Source of the DNA: Callorhinchus milii
Lineage: Eukaryota
Assembly: GCF_018977255.1 (NCBI RefSeq)
Contig: NW_024704743.1
Span: forward strand, 97,094,001-97,158,000
Length of the DNA stretch: 64,000 nt
Direction of reading: 5' to 3'
Part shown: positions 25,791 through 38,300 of the stretch, one piece after another
Position numbering within the stretch: the stretch's first letter is position 1
How the letters are laid out: each line of letters opens with the position of its first letter
Made by a program: the position numbers and the translations under genes
Notes under the pieces: generated by a model
Seen by the model: only the letters and a program-made list of their open reading frames with translations
The model's database searches: none
Told to the model about the DNA's origin: nothing

Positions 25791-26589
25791 AGAGGTAGAG
25801 AGGTGCCAGGGAGTAAATGGATTTGAACACTATAATGCTTGGGTGTGAACCCCACCAGCTGCTGTGCTAAAAAAAAAGTCTGCCCTCCATGGCATCAGGT
25901 TGCTGGCGCTGTCGCTTCCCGTGCACTGTGATGTGCAACACACTGGAAGTGATGTCACCAGCAACCTGATGATCAGGAAGTCACCCATTTTGTATTCCGG
26001 CTAACAGAAAATTGTCCAACGTCCAGGTCGTCGGGTCACTGATGGTGTCACTTTCTGTGGCATGTATAGTATGTGGCATCATTGATCACCTGATCAAAGG
26101 TCCATCTTTGTTTAAGAACAGAAGTGGAGGTCGACTGTGCAGGTTGGCTCTGTGGGACAATAGTCTTTCGAAGATAATGTTTCACTGAATACTAATGATA
26201 TGCAACAACAACAAAATTACATTTATAGAGCACCTTTCACATCGGGAGGACGTCCCAAGGCATCCCAAGGCAATGTGTCATTGCATTTGTTGCTTTCTAT
26301 CAGCCTTTAAATTTGGCCTTAAAACATACCTCTTCAAACTTGCTTATGGTCACCTCTCCCTTCCCTATTTCCCCTCTCACCTGCTCGGCATGCCAACCGT
26401 CCTTATAAAGAGCTCTTATATGAACACTTATTGTTGTTTTTGAATATATTGTTCTTGCGCTGATGCAGCTGTTACATGGTTCTTCAACAGCAGTAGGCTG
26501 CATGATAATAAAAGTGTAGGGTTGTACCCCTGTATCAATAATACCAAATCAGATGCTACATTCCAAATCTTGACAAAGTGTCATGGTGA

Positions 26590-26995
26590 GTTATCCATCA
26601 TATTCCCTCAGAGGATAGAATTCAAATCCTTGTCCTCGCCTTCAAGGCCCTCCACGGCCTTGCTCCTCCCTGCCTCTGTGACCTGCTGACCCCATATACA
26701 ACCTGTCCACTCCCTCTGCTCAACAGGCTGTGGCCTGCTCCACGTCCCCCGCCCGACGTTGGACCTTCAGCCTTTTTGCCTCCACCCTATGGAACTCCAT
26801 CCCACATTTCCTTTGTCTCGTTCCCTCCCTTGCCTCCTTCAAGAAGCGTCTCAAAACCCTCCTCTTCGACCGAGCCTTCGGCTGCCCTCCACCCTCCATA
26901 ATCCTGACCCCCAGCTTGAGTCCAAAGCCCTGACTGTCCAACACCTTGCGATGTCTTGTCAATGTGAAAGGCGCTCTACAAATATAATTTTGTAT
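26590..26995 (+). mobile_element. L2 3' fragment
   Basis: Homologous to the other L2 3' ends (FSLFASTLWNSIP; gtgaaaggcgctct). Confidence 0.8.
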
Positions 26996-27217
26996 TGGAT
27001 ATTCAAAGCAGGCTTGCCAGATTTGAGTCACTCCTAAAGTGATATAGTTAACTATATCACCATAATCCTGACCCCCAGCTTGAGTCCAAAGCCCTGACTG
27101 TCCAACACCTTGCGATGTCTTGTCAATGTGAAAGGCGCTCTACAAATGTAATTTTGTATTGGATATTCAAAGCAGGCTTGCCAGATTTGAGTCACTCCTA
27201 AAGTGATATAGTTAACT
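26896..27217. repeat. 158-bp direct tandem duplication (26896-27053 and 27060-27217)
   Basis: The two copies differ at one position I could see (aaatataatt versus aaatgtaatt) and are separated by a short filler. Confidence 0.95.
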
Positions 27218-27643
27218 CATGTATATTTAGACTGGACTGAAACTATCAGGTTAGAATAATTTCAACACATTGTCCCTACATTCTCCTTATCATATTGAAC
27301 TGCTACTGTGCAAAGAATTGTCCTTTTTTATATTAAAAAAAGGCAAATTTATACAATGAAAGAGTTAAATCAAATGCTGGGGTTATCACGCTCACGTGAT
27401 CCAAAATCATGTCTCAGCTGAATGTGAAATGTGACTGAGTCCATGCTGGAAATTCATTAGGATTAGGGTTCAGATTTTGAGCAGCACAGATGGTGAAGTG
27501 AAGAAGCAGCATTAGACTCAGCTAAAAAGCGGCATTAGATTCAGCTTGAAATGTTACATGCCAGAACAGAGGCGAGTGCGCTCTTTCTAAGTAGGACCAG
27601 GGAATGCTTACATACCTAATGCTAATTCTGCTGCTGTTCACAG

Positions 27644-27804
27644 GGGCTGCTCTGCTTGTTGACACAAGCAAGTACTTTTGGTTTCACCACACGGATGCAG
27701 ATACAATGACAGTTCAGGATCCTGTTCAGATGAAGCTGTGTGCAGCAGTTTGGACTGTTGTCTCTTATGTTGTCGCTGACATGGATGAAATCTTGCCACG
27801 CTAG
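27644..27804 (+). CDS. CPQ: Carboxypeptidase Q last coding exon (GAALLVDTSKYFWFHHTDADTMTVQDPVQMKLCAAVWTVVSYVVADMDEILPR*)
   Basis: Acceptor ttcacag ending 27643, phase 1. FHH..DT zinc-ligand motif and VVSYVVADM.E.LPR C-terminus match CPQ. TAG stop at 27802-27804. Confidence 0.96.
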
Positions 27805-28084
27805 GCCTGAGCCAACAGGATCTCTCTTTCTCACTGTCGATAATATAAAGATTCCCACATGTGGCTAGCAGATGAACCCATTTTCTTTGCCAAAAAAGAT
27901 TTTTGTTTGAAAAAGCAGATTTTGTTCACTATCCATTGTCTTCATTCAAAACATCTGGCAAAGTTCAAATGGTCTGTAACCTGTTTATAATTCTCTAATG
28001 TAATTTTCATAAAACTGTCATTTTAAAACCTGTTTGTGGAGTGATTCTCTTTAGTTCGTAGTTCGTAGAGTCCTGTGGATGTGC

Positions 28085-28105
28085 AATAAAATTAAATGGA
28101 ATAAA
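28085..28105 (+). terminator. CPQ: Clustered polyadenylation signals of CPQ (AATAAA, ATTAAA, AATAAA)
   Basis: AATAAA 28085-28090, ATTAAA 28091-28096 and AATAAA 28100-28105, about 280 bp after the stop and followed by T-rich sequence. Confidence 0.7.
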
Positions 28106-29467
28106 GCTTATTGCCTTGATCGTAACGTGACATTTTTTTCAACGCTTTTTTAAAACTACTTGAAAGATTGAGTCAGTAACCTTTGCATTTGTTTTGCTAC
28201 TGGACCATTTGTGTCATGTGCACATTTTGTTAGCAAAAAGTATTTTTATAATAATAATACCTGCATTTGATATAGCGAATATAATGTAAAAAAACGCTAA
28301 ATAGGTGTAGTGACTGTGAAATTGTAGGCATACACAGCAGCCAATGTTCCACAAACATCAATGAAGTGAATGACCTATCAATCTGGAGGATTGTTGGTCA
28401 GAACAATGAGATACTCCTTTCTCACTTCAAATAGTGCTACAGGATCTTTACCGGTTCACCTGAACAGGCAGGCAAGACTCTGTTTGGCATCGCATTTTAA
28501 GTGACGGCACCTCCAACACTGCAGGACTCCCACAGTACTCCCCCAGTCTGTGAAGTCAACATCCAAACATTGTACTTAAATCTGTAGATTATTGATACAA
28601 AGGTAAGAGCATTATTAACTGAGCCATGCTGACATTTCTAACTAATGTAATTATATGTATTTTATCACAGTTTTCTCTTCAGTCCTTTCGAAGTGGTTCA
28701 CATATAAGCCATTCAGCCCATGTAGCTTTCTCTTTATCTTTTTGGTGTACATAGATGCAAATTAAACCTAAAAACTGGCTATAGAAACTTATTTAGCCAG
28801 CTACGTTTTAACAGTAAACACTAATATATTGTAAACGTTCCCTTTTGTAGTTGGTTGACTGAATTATTTTCTCAAAGTGCAATACAAATCAAACTCCAAT
28901 GAACATACAATGCTTTTAAACGCTTGCTCATATATTATTACTGGACCTGCAAGCCTGGAAAATGAATGACATCATGAAAAAAAGTTTTTTTTTAGTGCAT
29001 TTCATATATATACTGTATAATACACAGCTTTTGCTTTGTTGTAACTCATGTTGAAGGTGCAAAATTGCTTGTATTAATTACTCCCAGACACAATCACAGT
29101 TGCTCTTTGTAATGTCTACATATGCATCTGGAGTTGATCATGAAGGAGCTTCTGAAGTGGATCAGAAATTGCCTAGATCATAAGAAGCAGTGGGCGGTTG
29201 TTCATGGTGCTGCATCAGCATGGAGGAAGGTAACTATTGAGGTCCATCAGGGATTCATGCATTAGCTAATACTATACACACTGTACATAAATTATGTGGA
29301 AGAGGAGGTGGAAGCCAAACTATCTATTTTTGATGATACCAAACCAGGTGGAAAGTTCAAATACCAGGAAACACACTAATCAAATAGAAAGGGATCTGGA
29401 TAGATTTGTACTTTGGCTCACATGGAGAATGACATTCAGTGTGGACTTATTCAGAGTAAAGAGACCA

Positions 29468-29810
29468 GTGGTAAGTCCTGTAGCGAATTGGTTAAAGCAC
29501 TCGCCTCGCAAGCAAGAGGACCCGGGTTCAATTCGCGGGCAAGTTTCTTTAGTCCACATGCCTCTGTTTACCTAGCAGTAAGTAGGAACCTGGTTGTTAG
29601 TCAATTGGCAGATCGCTCTCCAGAAGTAACAATCCCTTTAAAAAAAATGAATAATGATTTAATCACTCAACCCACACCTGTTTGTGTGCTGTTGTGCAAT
29701 TGGCTGCTTTGTTTTGCCCACAAGATATACAGTCAATTCACGTTACAGTATATTCTGTGAAGTGCTTTGAGACGTCACAATGACATGATAAAGTGCTATA
29801 TCAAATATTA
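29468..29810 (+). mobile_element. tRNA-derived SINE, long variant
   Basis: Head gtcctgtagcgaattggttaaagcactcgcc plus the extra block gcctctgtttacctagcagtaagtaggaacctgg. Confidence 0.85.
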
Positions 29811-30163
29811 TTGTATATTTAATATTATCAGAAAGTCCACCTACGAAATGCACTATACTTTACATTGGACCATGTGAAGCGTTTTGAGATCCTCCTGACG
29901 TGAAAGTCGTTATATCAAATGCAAGGATTATTATTAATACTAAAATTACAAGCACAAGAATACCAAGTTAAACTCAAAGAGAGAAGGTGAACATACAGAT
30001 TAGATAATTACTTTACTCAGATAATGGTGAAATGTAGAATAGACTGTGTGGGAAGACAGTATAGACAAATTGTGTGAGTAATTTCAAGAGGGAATTAGAT
30101 TGATATTTGTTAAATAAATCAAGTTAGAGATAGAACAGTGTGCCTTTGTTTATTCTTTATAAC

Positions 30164-30205
30164 TGATGTTCTGATGAAGGGTCACAGACCCGAAACGTTG
30201 ACTCA
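30164..30205 (+). ncRNA. Minimal hammerhead-ribozyme motif in a Penelope-like repeat fragment (repeat extends to about 30297)
   Basis: tgatgtt-CTGATGA-A-GGGTC-aca-GACCC-GAAA-CGTT-gactca: conserved core, 5-bp stem II, palindromic AACGTT in place of stem III, bulged stem I. Confidence 0.7.
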
Positions 30206-30862
30206 CATTCCTTTTTCCATAGATGTTGCCTGACCTGCTGAGTGTTCCCAGTGACTTCTGTTTTTGTTTCAGATTTCCAGCATCTGCAGTATTTTCTATT
30301 TTATCCATGAATTGAAATTCCTGATATAGGGCTTGAGACCCCCCAATCTTTTGACACATGGGTGAGAGTGCTACCAACTGAGCCAGGCTGACACCTCAAT
30401 GAATATGGTGGTATTAATTTTGAATGTTTTATTCCTGTTTGTTTTCATGTCTGATAAGCATCAACCCAAACCTAAATGTTGTTAAAACTTGTTTTGACTC
30501 TGACCTTTTTTCTGAAGATCAATGTCACCGTCCATACATTTTCCAAAATAAGATCTCTGCCAGAAATAAAATGATAATAGTATAGCTTAGTATAGTATAG
30601 CACCTTTCACATTGGTAGGATATCCGAAAATGCTTCACAGGATTTACTGTAAAGTGCAGTGACTGTGTGTTTTGTGGGCGAATGACTTCAGTCACCACTT
30701 TTTTACTTTTTTCAAAACTTTCAAAAAGGAGGTCTGAAAGATATTTAAAAAATGCCATTTGCTAGGCCAACTTTTGTTTTAAAAATAATAATAATAATCA
30801 TTGCATTTGGTATAGAGTCTCATCACATTGTTGAGATGTCTTAAAGTGCTTCGCAGAATACC

Positions 30863-31172
30863 GTGGAGTCCTGTAGCTCAGTAGTTAGAGAACTCGCCTC
30901 GCAAGCGAGAGACCTGGGTTCGATTCCCAGCAGGGTGAAACCTTGAGAAAGTTTCTTTACTCCATACGCCTGATAATAATCCTTCAAGAAAAAGAAACAA
31001 TAATAAATTGGTCACTTCAATCCACGATTATTTGTGGGACACTGCTGTACACCATTGGCTGCTGCGTTTTGTCCACAACTATACAGTCAATTCACTTAAC
31101 AATATATTCTGTGAAGTGCTTTGAGACGTCTAGTAGGCATGAAAAGCGCTATAACAAATGCAAGGAATATTA
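30863..31172 (+). mobile_element. tRNA-derived SINE, short variant, preceded by a minus-strand SINE tail at 30783-30860
   Basis: Full head, body and tail. Confidence 0.88.
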
Positions 31173-33359
31173 TACTGTCAAGTGAGTTGACTGTATATTT
31201 TGCGGATGAAACGCAGCATCCAATTCTGCAAAAGGAAATGCTCTCATTTCAACAAAAGTCCTCAAAACCCAAAAGAAATAACATCGCTCTGTGTGTGTTT
31301 TTCTTCTTTTATTTAATAAAAAAGCCTCATTTTATTACTCCATGCACATACTTTGGTGTTTGCTCCACAGAATGAACACATGCTGCTAGTTGCTGTTCCT
31401 GTGAGAATTTGGGAAGGACTAAGCACAGACAAGATGTTTTACAATTCACTAAATATGGCATTTTTAATTCACATAACAAACATGATTTCATTTCCATATT
31501 TAAAAACAATTGCTCACCTTCTGGAATATTACCAACGGTCGGTCTGCTCACATAAAGTTGCTCTCTTCCTAAAACTGCTGCGGGAAAGACTATTTTATAC
31601 ATTTACCGATCCCATGTCCATGATCAACCCTGTTAGCATCTAAAATATTCATTAAAAATGCCCAATTTCCTTTTTACACACTTTAATAGGTTTTCCACAA
31701 GGAAACGCATTGAATTTGATACAAAAAATATCAATCCACAAACCAACTGGCTCAGTTTTTCCACTTTGCTCTGAATAGTTCCAGAAAAATTCTCCTGCTC
31801 TTCCTCACTCACCCGGTCACATGCTGCAAATGACACAGACATCCGATCTGTTTGTCCGCATTAAATGTTTCACCAGGTCTATTTATAAAGCACAGAATCC
31901 CCCTGGTATCTAACCCTGACACACCGCCAGCGAAACTTGAAACAATATAAAATATTGTGTAAGAAAACATGTCATGTGCTCAGTCTTGACAGTTTGCCTG
32001 TGAACGATGCTTGATGTTGCCAATACTTCCAGTCTGTTACGAGGCTGCTCGTCTGACTTTTAACCAGTTTGCCACATTGCAGTGACAGGGCTGGGCCAAG
32101 CTGAGGTCTCTGATGGTTAAATGAATAGCACATCTGGGACTTTCAGCTATACTGATCACAGGTTATGTAAGAAGCTGGTGTGGAAAATTTATCCAAAGAG
32201 TGCACAGCTGGAAACTGTTAGCTTTGCCATGCCTCTGGGATTGCAATTGTGATGACAGCAACGTAATTACAGTCCTCAGAACTTTAGACTATCTGAACGC
32301 TGCTACGTTACATATTGTGTAACTCAAGATTTAGGTATCCATAACCGTTTTAACAGGTACAGTTAACTCTGTTTAAGTGATTTTGGGCCAAAACGTGCAC
32401 TTTACAAAACTGGTTGTGCTAATGAACAGGGACAGCACCTTGTCGTGTAAACTGCTTGAACTAAAGGAGATCATATCTATGTACCACCAGAATCACAGCA
32501 CGTCAGCTCCGAGGCCATCTCAGGTCGGAGCTGAGGCCTCATCCTTTTTTTTAATAAAAAGCCAGCATCCCATTAAACACTATACCATTTTCGCCTTCCA
32601 ACACACAGTCACTACACTTTACAGTATATCCTGTGAAGTGCTTTGAGACGTCTTTCTGACGTGAAAGGCGCTATCCTAAATGCAAGGATTATTTATATAA
32701 ACAGTAAAGGAGAGCTGCGATTGCTGAACTGTAAGACCAATGTTATGGGCACGACTTCATGGAGACTACAATCGAGAATGGAGTTAGGTGTCGGTGGCGG
32801 GGGGAGAGTCTCCCGTCTCTAGAACATTTGATGTGACAAACATGAACTGTCCCATCAAATTGACTCCATTTGTATCGTATTTTCCTGAACAATGCTGCAT
32901 CCATTTTCAACCAGTCTGTGCATAAGACGTAACAGGTTCTAGTTACTTGTGTATTAGCTTCTGGTGAACAGCTTTAAATGGTTCTGATGTCTGGACTTCA
33001 GACTTGGACAGACTTAAAGACTTGGAAATTTGTAAGGGTTTCACGGGCACACTCAGGCCTGTCAGGCCTTGCTGCTGTATTATGTATTATGTAAATACTT
33101 TCCAATTCCAGGAAAAGTTGAAAAAGAGCTGGCTTTACTGGGTTTACAGCCATTGTGGAATCTAAGCTTGATAAAGCAGCAATGTGCTTAGTGTCTTAAC
33201 CCTAAGTCTTCAACATTCGTTCAGTAAAAATACTGAAGAAAATGAGCCAGATTGCAGCAATTCAATTTCAGACAATTTCAGGCAAGTAAAACATGGACTG
33301 TCTTGAGAAGCTAATAAAAACAACAATAATAACACGCACTTAGAACACACCTTTCAATT

Positions 33360-34120
33360 ACATTAGAATACATTAGAATATACAGCACAGAAACAGGCCA
33401 TTCGGCCCAACTGATCTATGCCGGTGTTTATGTTCCACATGAGCCTCCTCCTGCCCTTCCTCAACTAAGCCTTCAAGCATAACCTTCTATTCCTTTCTCC
33501 CTCATGTACCTATCTAGCTTTCCCTTAAATACATCTATGTTATTTGCCTCAACAACTCCTTGTGGTAGCATGTTCCACATTCCCACTACTCTCTGTGTGA
33601 AGAAATTTCTTCTAACTTCCCTATTTGATCTATTTGTGACTATTTTATATTGATGGCCCCTGGTTTTGGTCTCCCCTACAAGTGGAAACATCTTCCCTAT
33701 GTCTACGCTATCAAAACCTTTCATCATTTTAAAGACCTCTATCAGGTCACCCCTTACCCTCCTCTTTTCAAGAGAAAAAAGTCCAAGCATGTTCAGCCTT
33801 TCCTGATAGGTATAACCTCTCAGTTCTAGGATCATCCTTGTGAATCTCCTTTGCACCCTCTCCAGTGCCTCTATATCCCTTCTATAATACGGGGACCAGA
33901 ACTGCACAGAGTATTCTAAGTGTGGTCTAACCAAGGTTCTATAGAAGTTTACCATAACTTCCCTGCTTTTCATTTCTATCCCTCTAGAAATGAACCACAA
34001 TGCCTGGTTTGCCTTTTTTATGGCCTTATTAACCTGCGTTGCTACTTTTAGTGAATTTCGTATGTGTACCCCTAGATCCCTTTGCTCCTATACCCCAATT
34101 AGGTTTTTATTTTCCAGGAT
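33360..34120 (-). mobile_element. 5'-truncated CR1 LINE
   Basis: ORF 33473-34000 contains LVRPHLEYSVQFWSP and TRGHQYK...FFTQRVVGMWNMLP; tail (cattagaata)2. Confidence 0.93.
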
Positions 34121-34439
34121 GTAAGCAAGATGAAGCACTTCACAAAGACAATAGAGAGCATGAAGAGACAAGGAAAGGAGGTTGAATTTTGAGGTGTTGA
34201 CCAAAAAAAATCATGATCTCCACCTTAGTTCTATATATTTTTGTCAAAGAAGTGTCTGCATCGACCTATTTCAGTTGTGAGTGCACCAACGCCTCAGAAG
34301 GTCAAAGTACGAGGTCCTTCGATAATGCAGCACACCCCCAACACTGCATTGGAGTGTCATCTTAGACAATGCAAGTCCATGTCCCGATGTAGGGCTTGAA
34401 ACCACAACTATCTCATTCAGATGTGAGAGTGACCACTAC

Positions 34440-34810
34440 ACATGAATGAAGGAATTGGGGCTGTTTTTACTACAACAGAGAAGGTTGAGAGAAGAAACTA
34501 TAGTATTTCCACTGGTCTGTGTGTCAGTGATATGAGGACATAAATTTAAGATAATTTTCAAGAAAATAAAGTCAGAGAGTAGGGATTTTTTTACACAAAA
34601 GTCCTAAGGACACGGAATCCTTACCAAAGACGATGGTTGAAACAAAATCCGAAATCATTTTTTAAAAGGGAACTGGACAAATAGCTGAAGAGGAAAAATA
34701 TAAAAGGAATAAGGAAAAAAAGGGGAAAGTGGGACAAAACGAATCCCATCACAAACATTCAGAATGGACCGAATGGTTTCTTTCCCTGCTGTAACATTCT
34801 GGGATTCTAT
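34440..34810 (+). mobile_element. Old CR1 3' fragment
   Basis: Degenerate match to the CR1 end (gaggacataaatttaagataatt; ggaccgaatggtttctttccctgctgtaacattct). Confidence 0.65.
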
Positions 34811-35381
34811 CACAAACTGCGAGTGCTTGAAAGACTGCTTGAAAATCCACTCTGCTCTTTGTGTTTTATAGAATTAAAAATGTTACTGAACAAAAGGTAA
34901 TCCATGTTAGTAGACTAAATCATACAATGCTGCCAACTTGGCAGAGACATGTCTTGGCAAAAGTAAAAGGCAATTCTGATAGGGCAATGGCCTCTGTGTT
35001 TTGCATTTCAGAACATTCTCCCCAAACATTCAGAGAATAGTACACATTTAAGTATAATTATACTGGTTTCTGCCCTGGATCTTAACCAAACAGGTCCATC
35101 CCCAAGACTCTTATTTGGGAATGTTAATGAGATGGAGTATTGTTCTCGGTTATTTTTTGCACAAGTATGAAATTCCTGTGTTTTGTCAGTGGCTTCCTTG
35201 GTTTTGCACAATCTGTCACTGAGCAAACTATTCCCAGACCCCCATGAACACTGCTCTGAGCCAGTTACTGGAATGCACTTGACAACAATCTGGGAACGAT
35301 GCTGTCCTGTTCATTTCTCTCTCTCTCTTCCCCACCCTCTGCCATGAGGAGTATGTAGTATCCTGGCCCGCCCTGTGATTT

Positions 35382-38300
35382 CATAGAATCATAAAATTAT
35401 ACAGCACAGAAGGAGGCCATTCGGCCCATCATGTTTGTGCCAGTTGTTTGTAAAGAGCTATCCAATTCAATTCCACTCCTCCGCTCTCTCCCCATAGCCC
35501 TGCAAATTTGTCCTCCCCAAATAATTATCTACTTCTCTCTTAAAAGTTATTATCAAATCGGCTTCCACCACCCTTTTAGACAATGCATTCCAGATCCGAA
35601 CAACTCGCTGTGTAAAAACATTTCTCCTCACCTCCCCTTTGTTTCTTTTAACAACTATCTTAAATCGGTGTCCTTGGGTTACCGATACACCCACCAGTGG
35701 AAGTAATTTTTCCTTGTTCACCCTATCCAATTCCCTCATCATTTTGAAAACTTCTGTTAACTCACCTCTTAACCTTCTCTGCTCCAAGGAAAATAATCCT
35801 AGCTTCTCTAGCCTCTTCTCATAACTGAATTCCCTCATTCCTGGTACCATCCTGGTAAATCTCCTTTGCACCCACTCCAATGCCTTCACATCCTTCCTAA
35901 AGTGTGGTGCCCAGAACTGAACACAGTACTCCTGTTGAGGCCTAACCAGTGTTTTACAAAGGTTCATCATAGCTACTTGACTTTGTATTCTATGCCCATA
36001 TTTATAAAGCCTAGTATCCCATATGCTTTTTTAAAAGCTTTATCTACCTGTCCTGCCACCTTCAAAGATTTACTTATATGAACCCCCAGATCTCTCTGTT
36101 CCTTCACCCACTTTAAGACTGTAATAATAATATAATAATCCTTGCATTTGATATAGCGCTTTTCACGTCAGGAAGACGTCCCAAAGCGCTTCACAGAACA
36201 CACTGTAAAGTGAATTGACTGTATATTTGTGGGCGAACGCGGCAGCCAATTGCGCACAGCAATGTCCCACAAACAGTCGTAGATTGAAAATGACCAATTT
36301 AATTATTGTTTTTGTTTTTTGGAGGGATTATTATTAGGAGTGTGGAGTAAGGAAACTTGCCCAAGGTTTTGCCCTGCCTGGAATTGAACTCAGGTCTCTC
36401 ACTTGCAAAGCGAGTGCTCTAACCACTGAGCTACAGGACTCCACAGTACCATCAGCTTATATTGGCTCTCCTCATTCTTCCTCCAAAAATGCATCACTTC
36501 GTATTTCTCCACATTAAACTTCATCTGCCATGTGTCTGCCCATTTTACCAGACTGTCTATGTCCATTTTCAGTCTGCTAATATCCTCCTCACCATTTACT
36601 ACATTTCCTAGCTTAGTATCATCTGCAAACTAGGAAATTGTACCCCCTATACCCAAGTTCAGATCATTTATATGGACCAAAAACAGCAGTGGTCCCAATA
36701 CTAACCCCTGGGGGACACCACTGCACACTTGCCTCCAGTCAGAAAAACAACCGTTCACCACTACTCTCTGCTTTCTGTCTCCCAGCCAGTTCTGTATTCA
36801 TGCTGCCACTGCCCCTTTAATACCGTGAGCTTCTATTTTGCTTACAAGTCTCTTATGTGGCACTTTATCAAAAGCCTTTTGAAAATCCATATAAACTACA
36901 TCAACTGCATTACCTTCATCCACCCTCTCCGCTACTTAATCAAAAAGCTCTATCAGGTTTATTTGACATGATTTGCCTTTCATAAATCCGTATTGGTGAA
37001 AATTTATTTTGGCGTGTTAAGTGAAAATTTATTTTGTCCTGGATTATAGTCTCTAGAAGTTTCCCCTCTACTGACGTGAGGCTGATGGACTTGTAGTTCC
37101 TGGGTTTATCCTTCTGCCCCTTCTTGTACAGGGGAGTACATTTGCAACCCCCCAGTCCTCTGGCACTATCCTGGTGTCCAAGGAGGATTGAAAGATTGTG
37201 GCCAGAGCCTCCGTTATATCCACCCTTACTTCCCTCAGTAACCTAGGATGCATCCTGTCTGGACCGAGTGACTTATCTAACTTGAGCACCAACAACCTTC
37301 TTAGTACCTCCTCTCAGTTTATTCTTATCTTATCCAATTTCTTTACCCTCTCCTTCGATACTGAGGCATTGGCTGCATCCTCTTCTTTTGTGAAGACAGA
37401 TGCAAAGTACTTATTCAGTACGTCAGCCATGCCCTCTGCCTCCACAAGAAGATTTCCTCTTTGGTCCCCTAATTGGACCCACCCTACCTTTGACTAACCT
37501 TTTATTCCTTATATGCTTATAAAATACCTTAGGGCTCCCTTTTATGTTACCCACTAATCTTTTCTCATACAATCTCTTTGCCCCTCTTATTTCCTTTTTC
37601 AGTTCTCCTCTGTACTTTCTATATTCTATTTGATTATCTTCTGTATTTTGGACCTGACATTTATCATAAGCCTCCTTCTGTTTTATTTTAATCCCAATTT
37701 CCTTATTCAACCAGGGAAGTTTGGATACCATGCCTTTCTCCTTTGTGGGAATGTATTGTTCTGTCCCCAAACTCCTTGAAGACTTCTTATTGCTCGTTAG
37801 CTGTTTTACCTGCCAATCTTTACTTCCAGTGCACCTTAGCTAGGTCCCTTTTTAACTCACTGAAATTAGTCCTCTTCCAGTTGAGTATCTTCACCTTTGA
37901 TTGCTCCTTGTCTCTTTCCATAATTACTCTAAACCTAATGATGTTGTGATCACTGTTGTCCAGATGCTCTCCTACTGAAATCTGTTCCATTTGCCCCCAC
38001 TTCGTTCCCTAGAACTAGATCCAGCCCTGCTTCCTTCCTCGTTGGGCTGGAAACATGCTGATCAAGAAAGTTATCCTGCACACATTTCAGGAATCCTTCC
38101 CCCTCCTTCCCTTTACAGTGTTATTTTGCCAGTCTATGTTAGGATAATTATCACTACTCTATTGGTTTTGCATCTTTCTGAAATCTGCTTGCAGATTTGC
38201 TCGTCTATCTCCTTCCCACTATTTGATAATCTGTAGTACACACCTAACATAGTAACAGCAACTTTTTTACTCCTTAACTCTAACCAAATAGATTCTGTTT

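Noticed and set aside
32503..32534. 10-bp hairpin TCAGCTCCGA/TCGGAGCTGA
   Set aside because: Short and isolated; plausible by chance in 64 kb.
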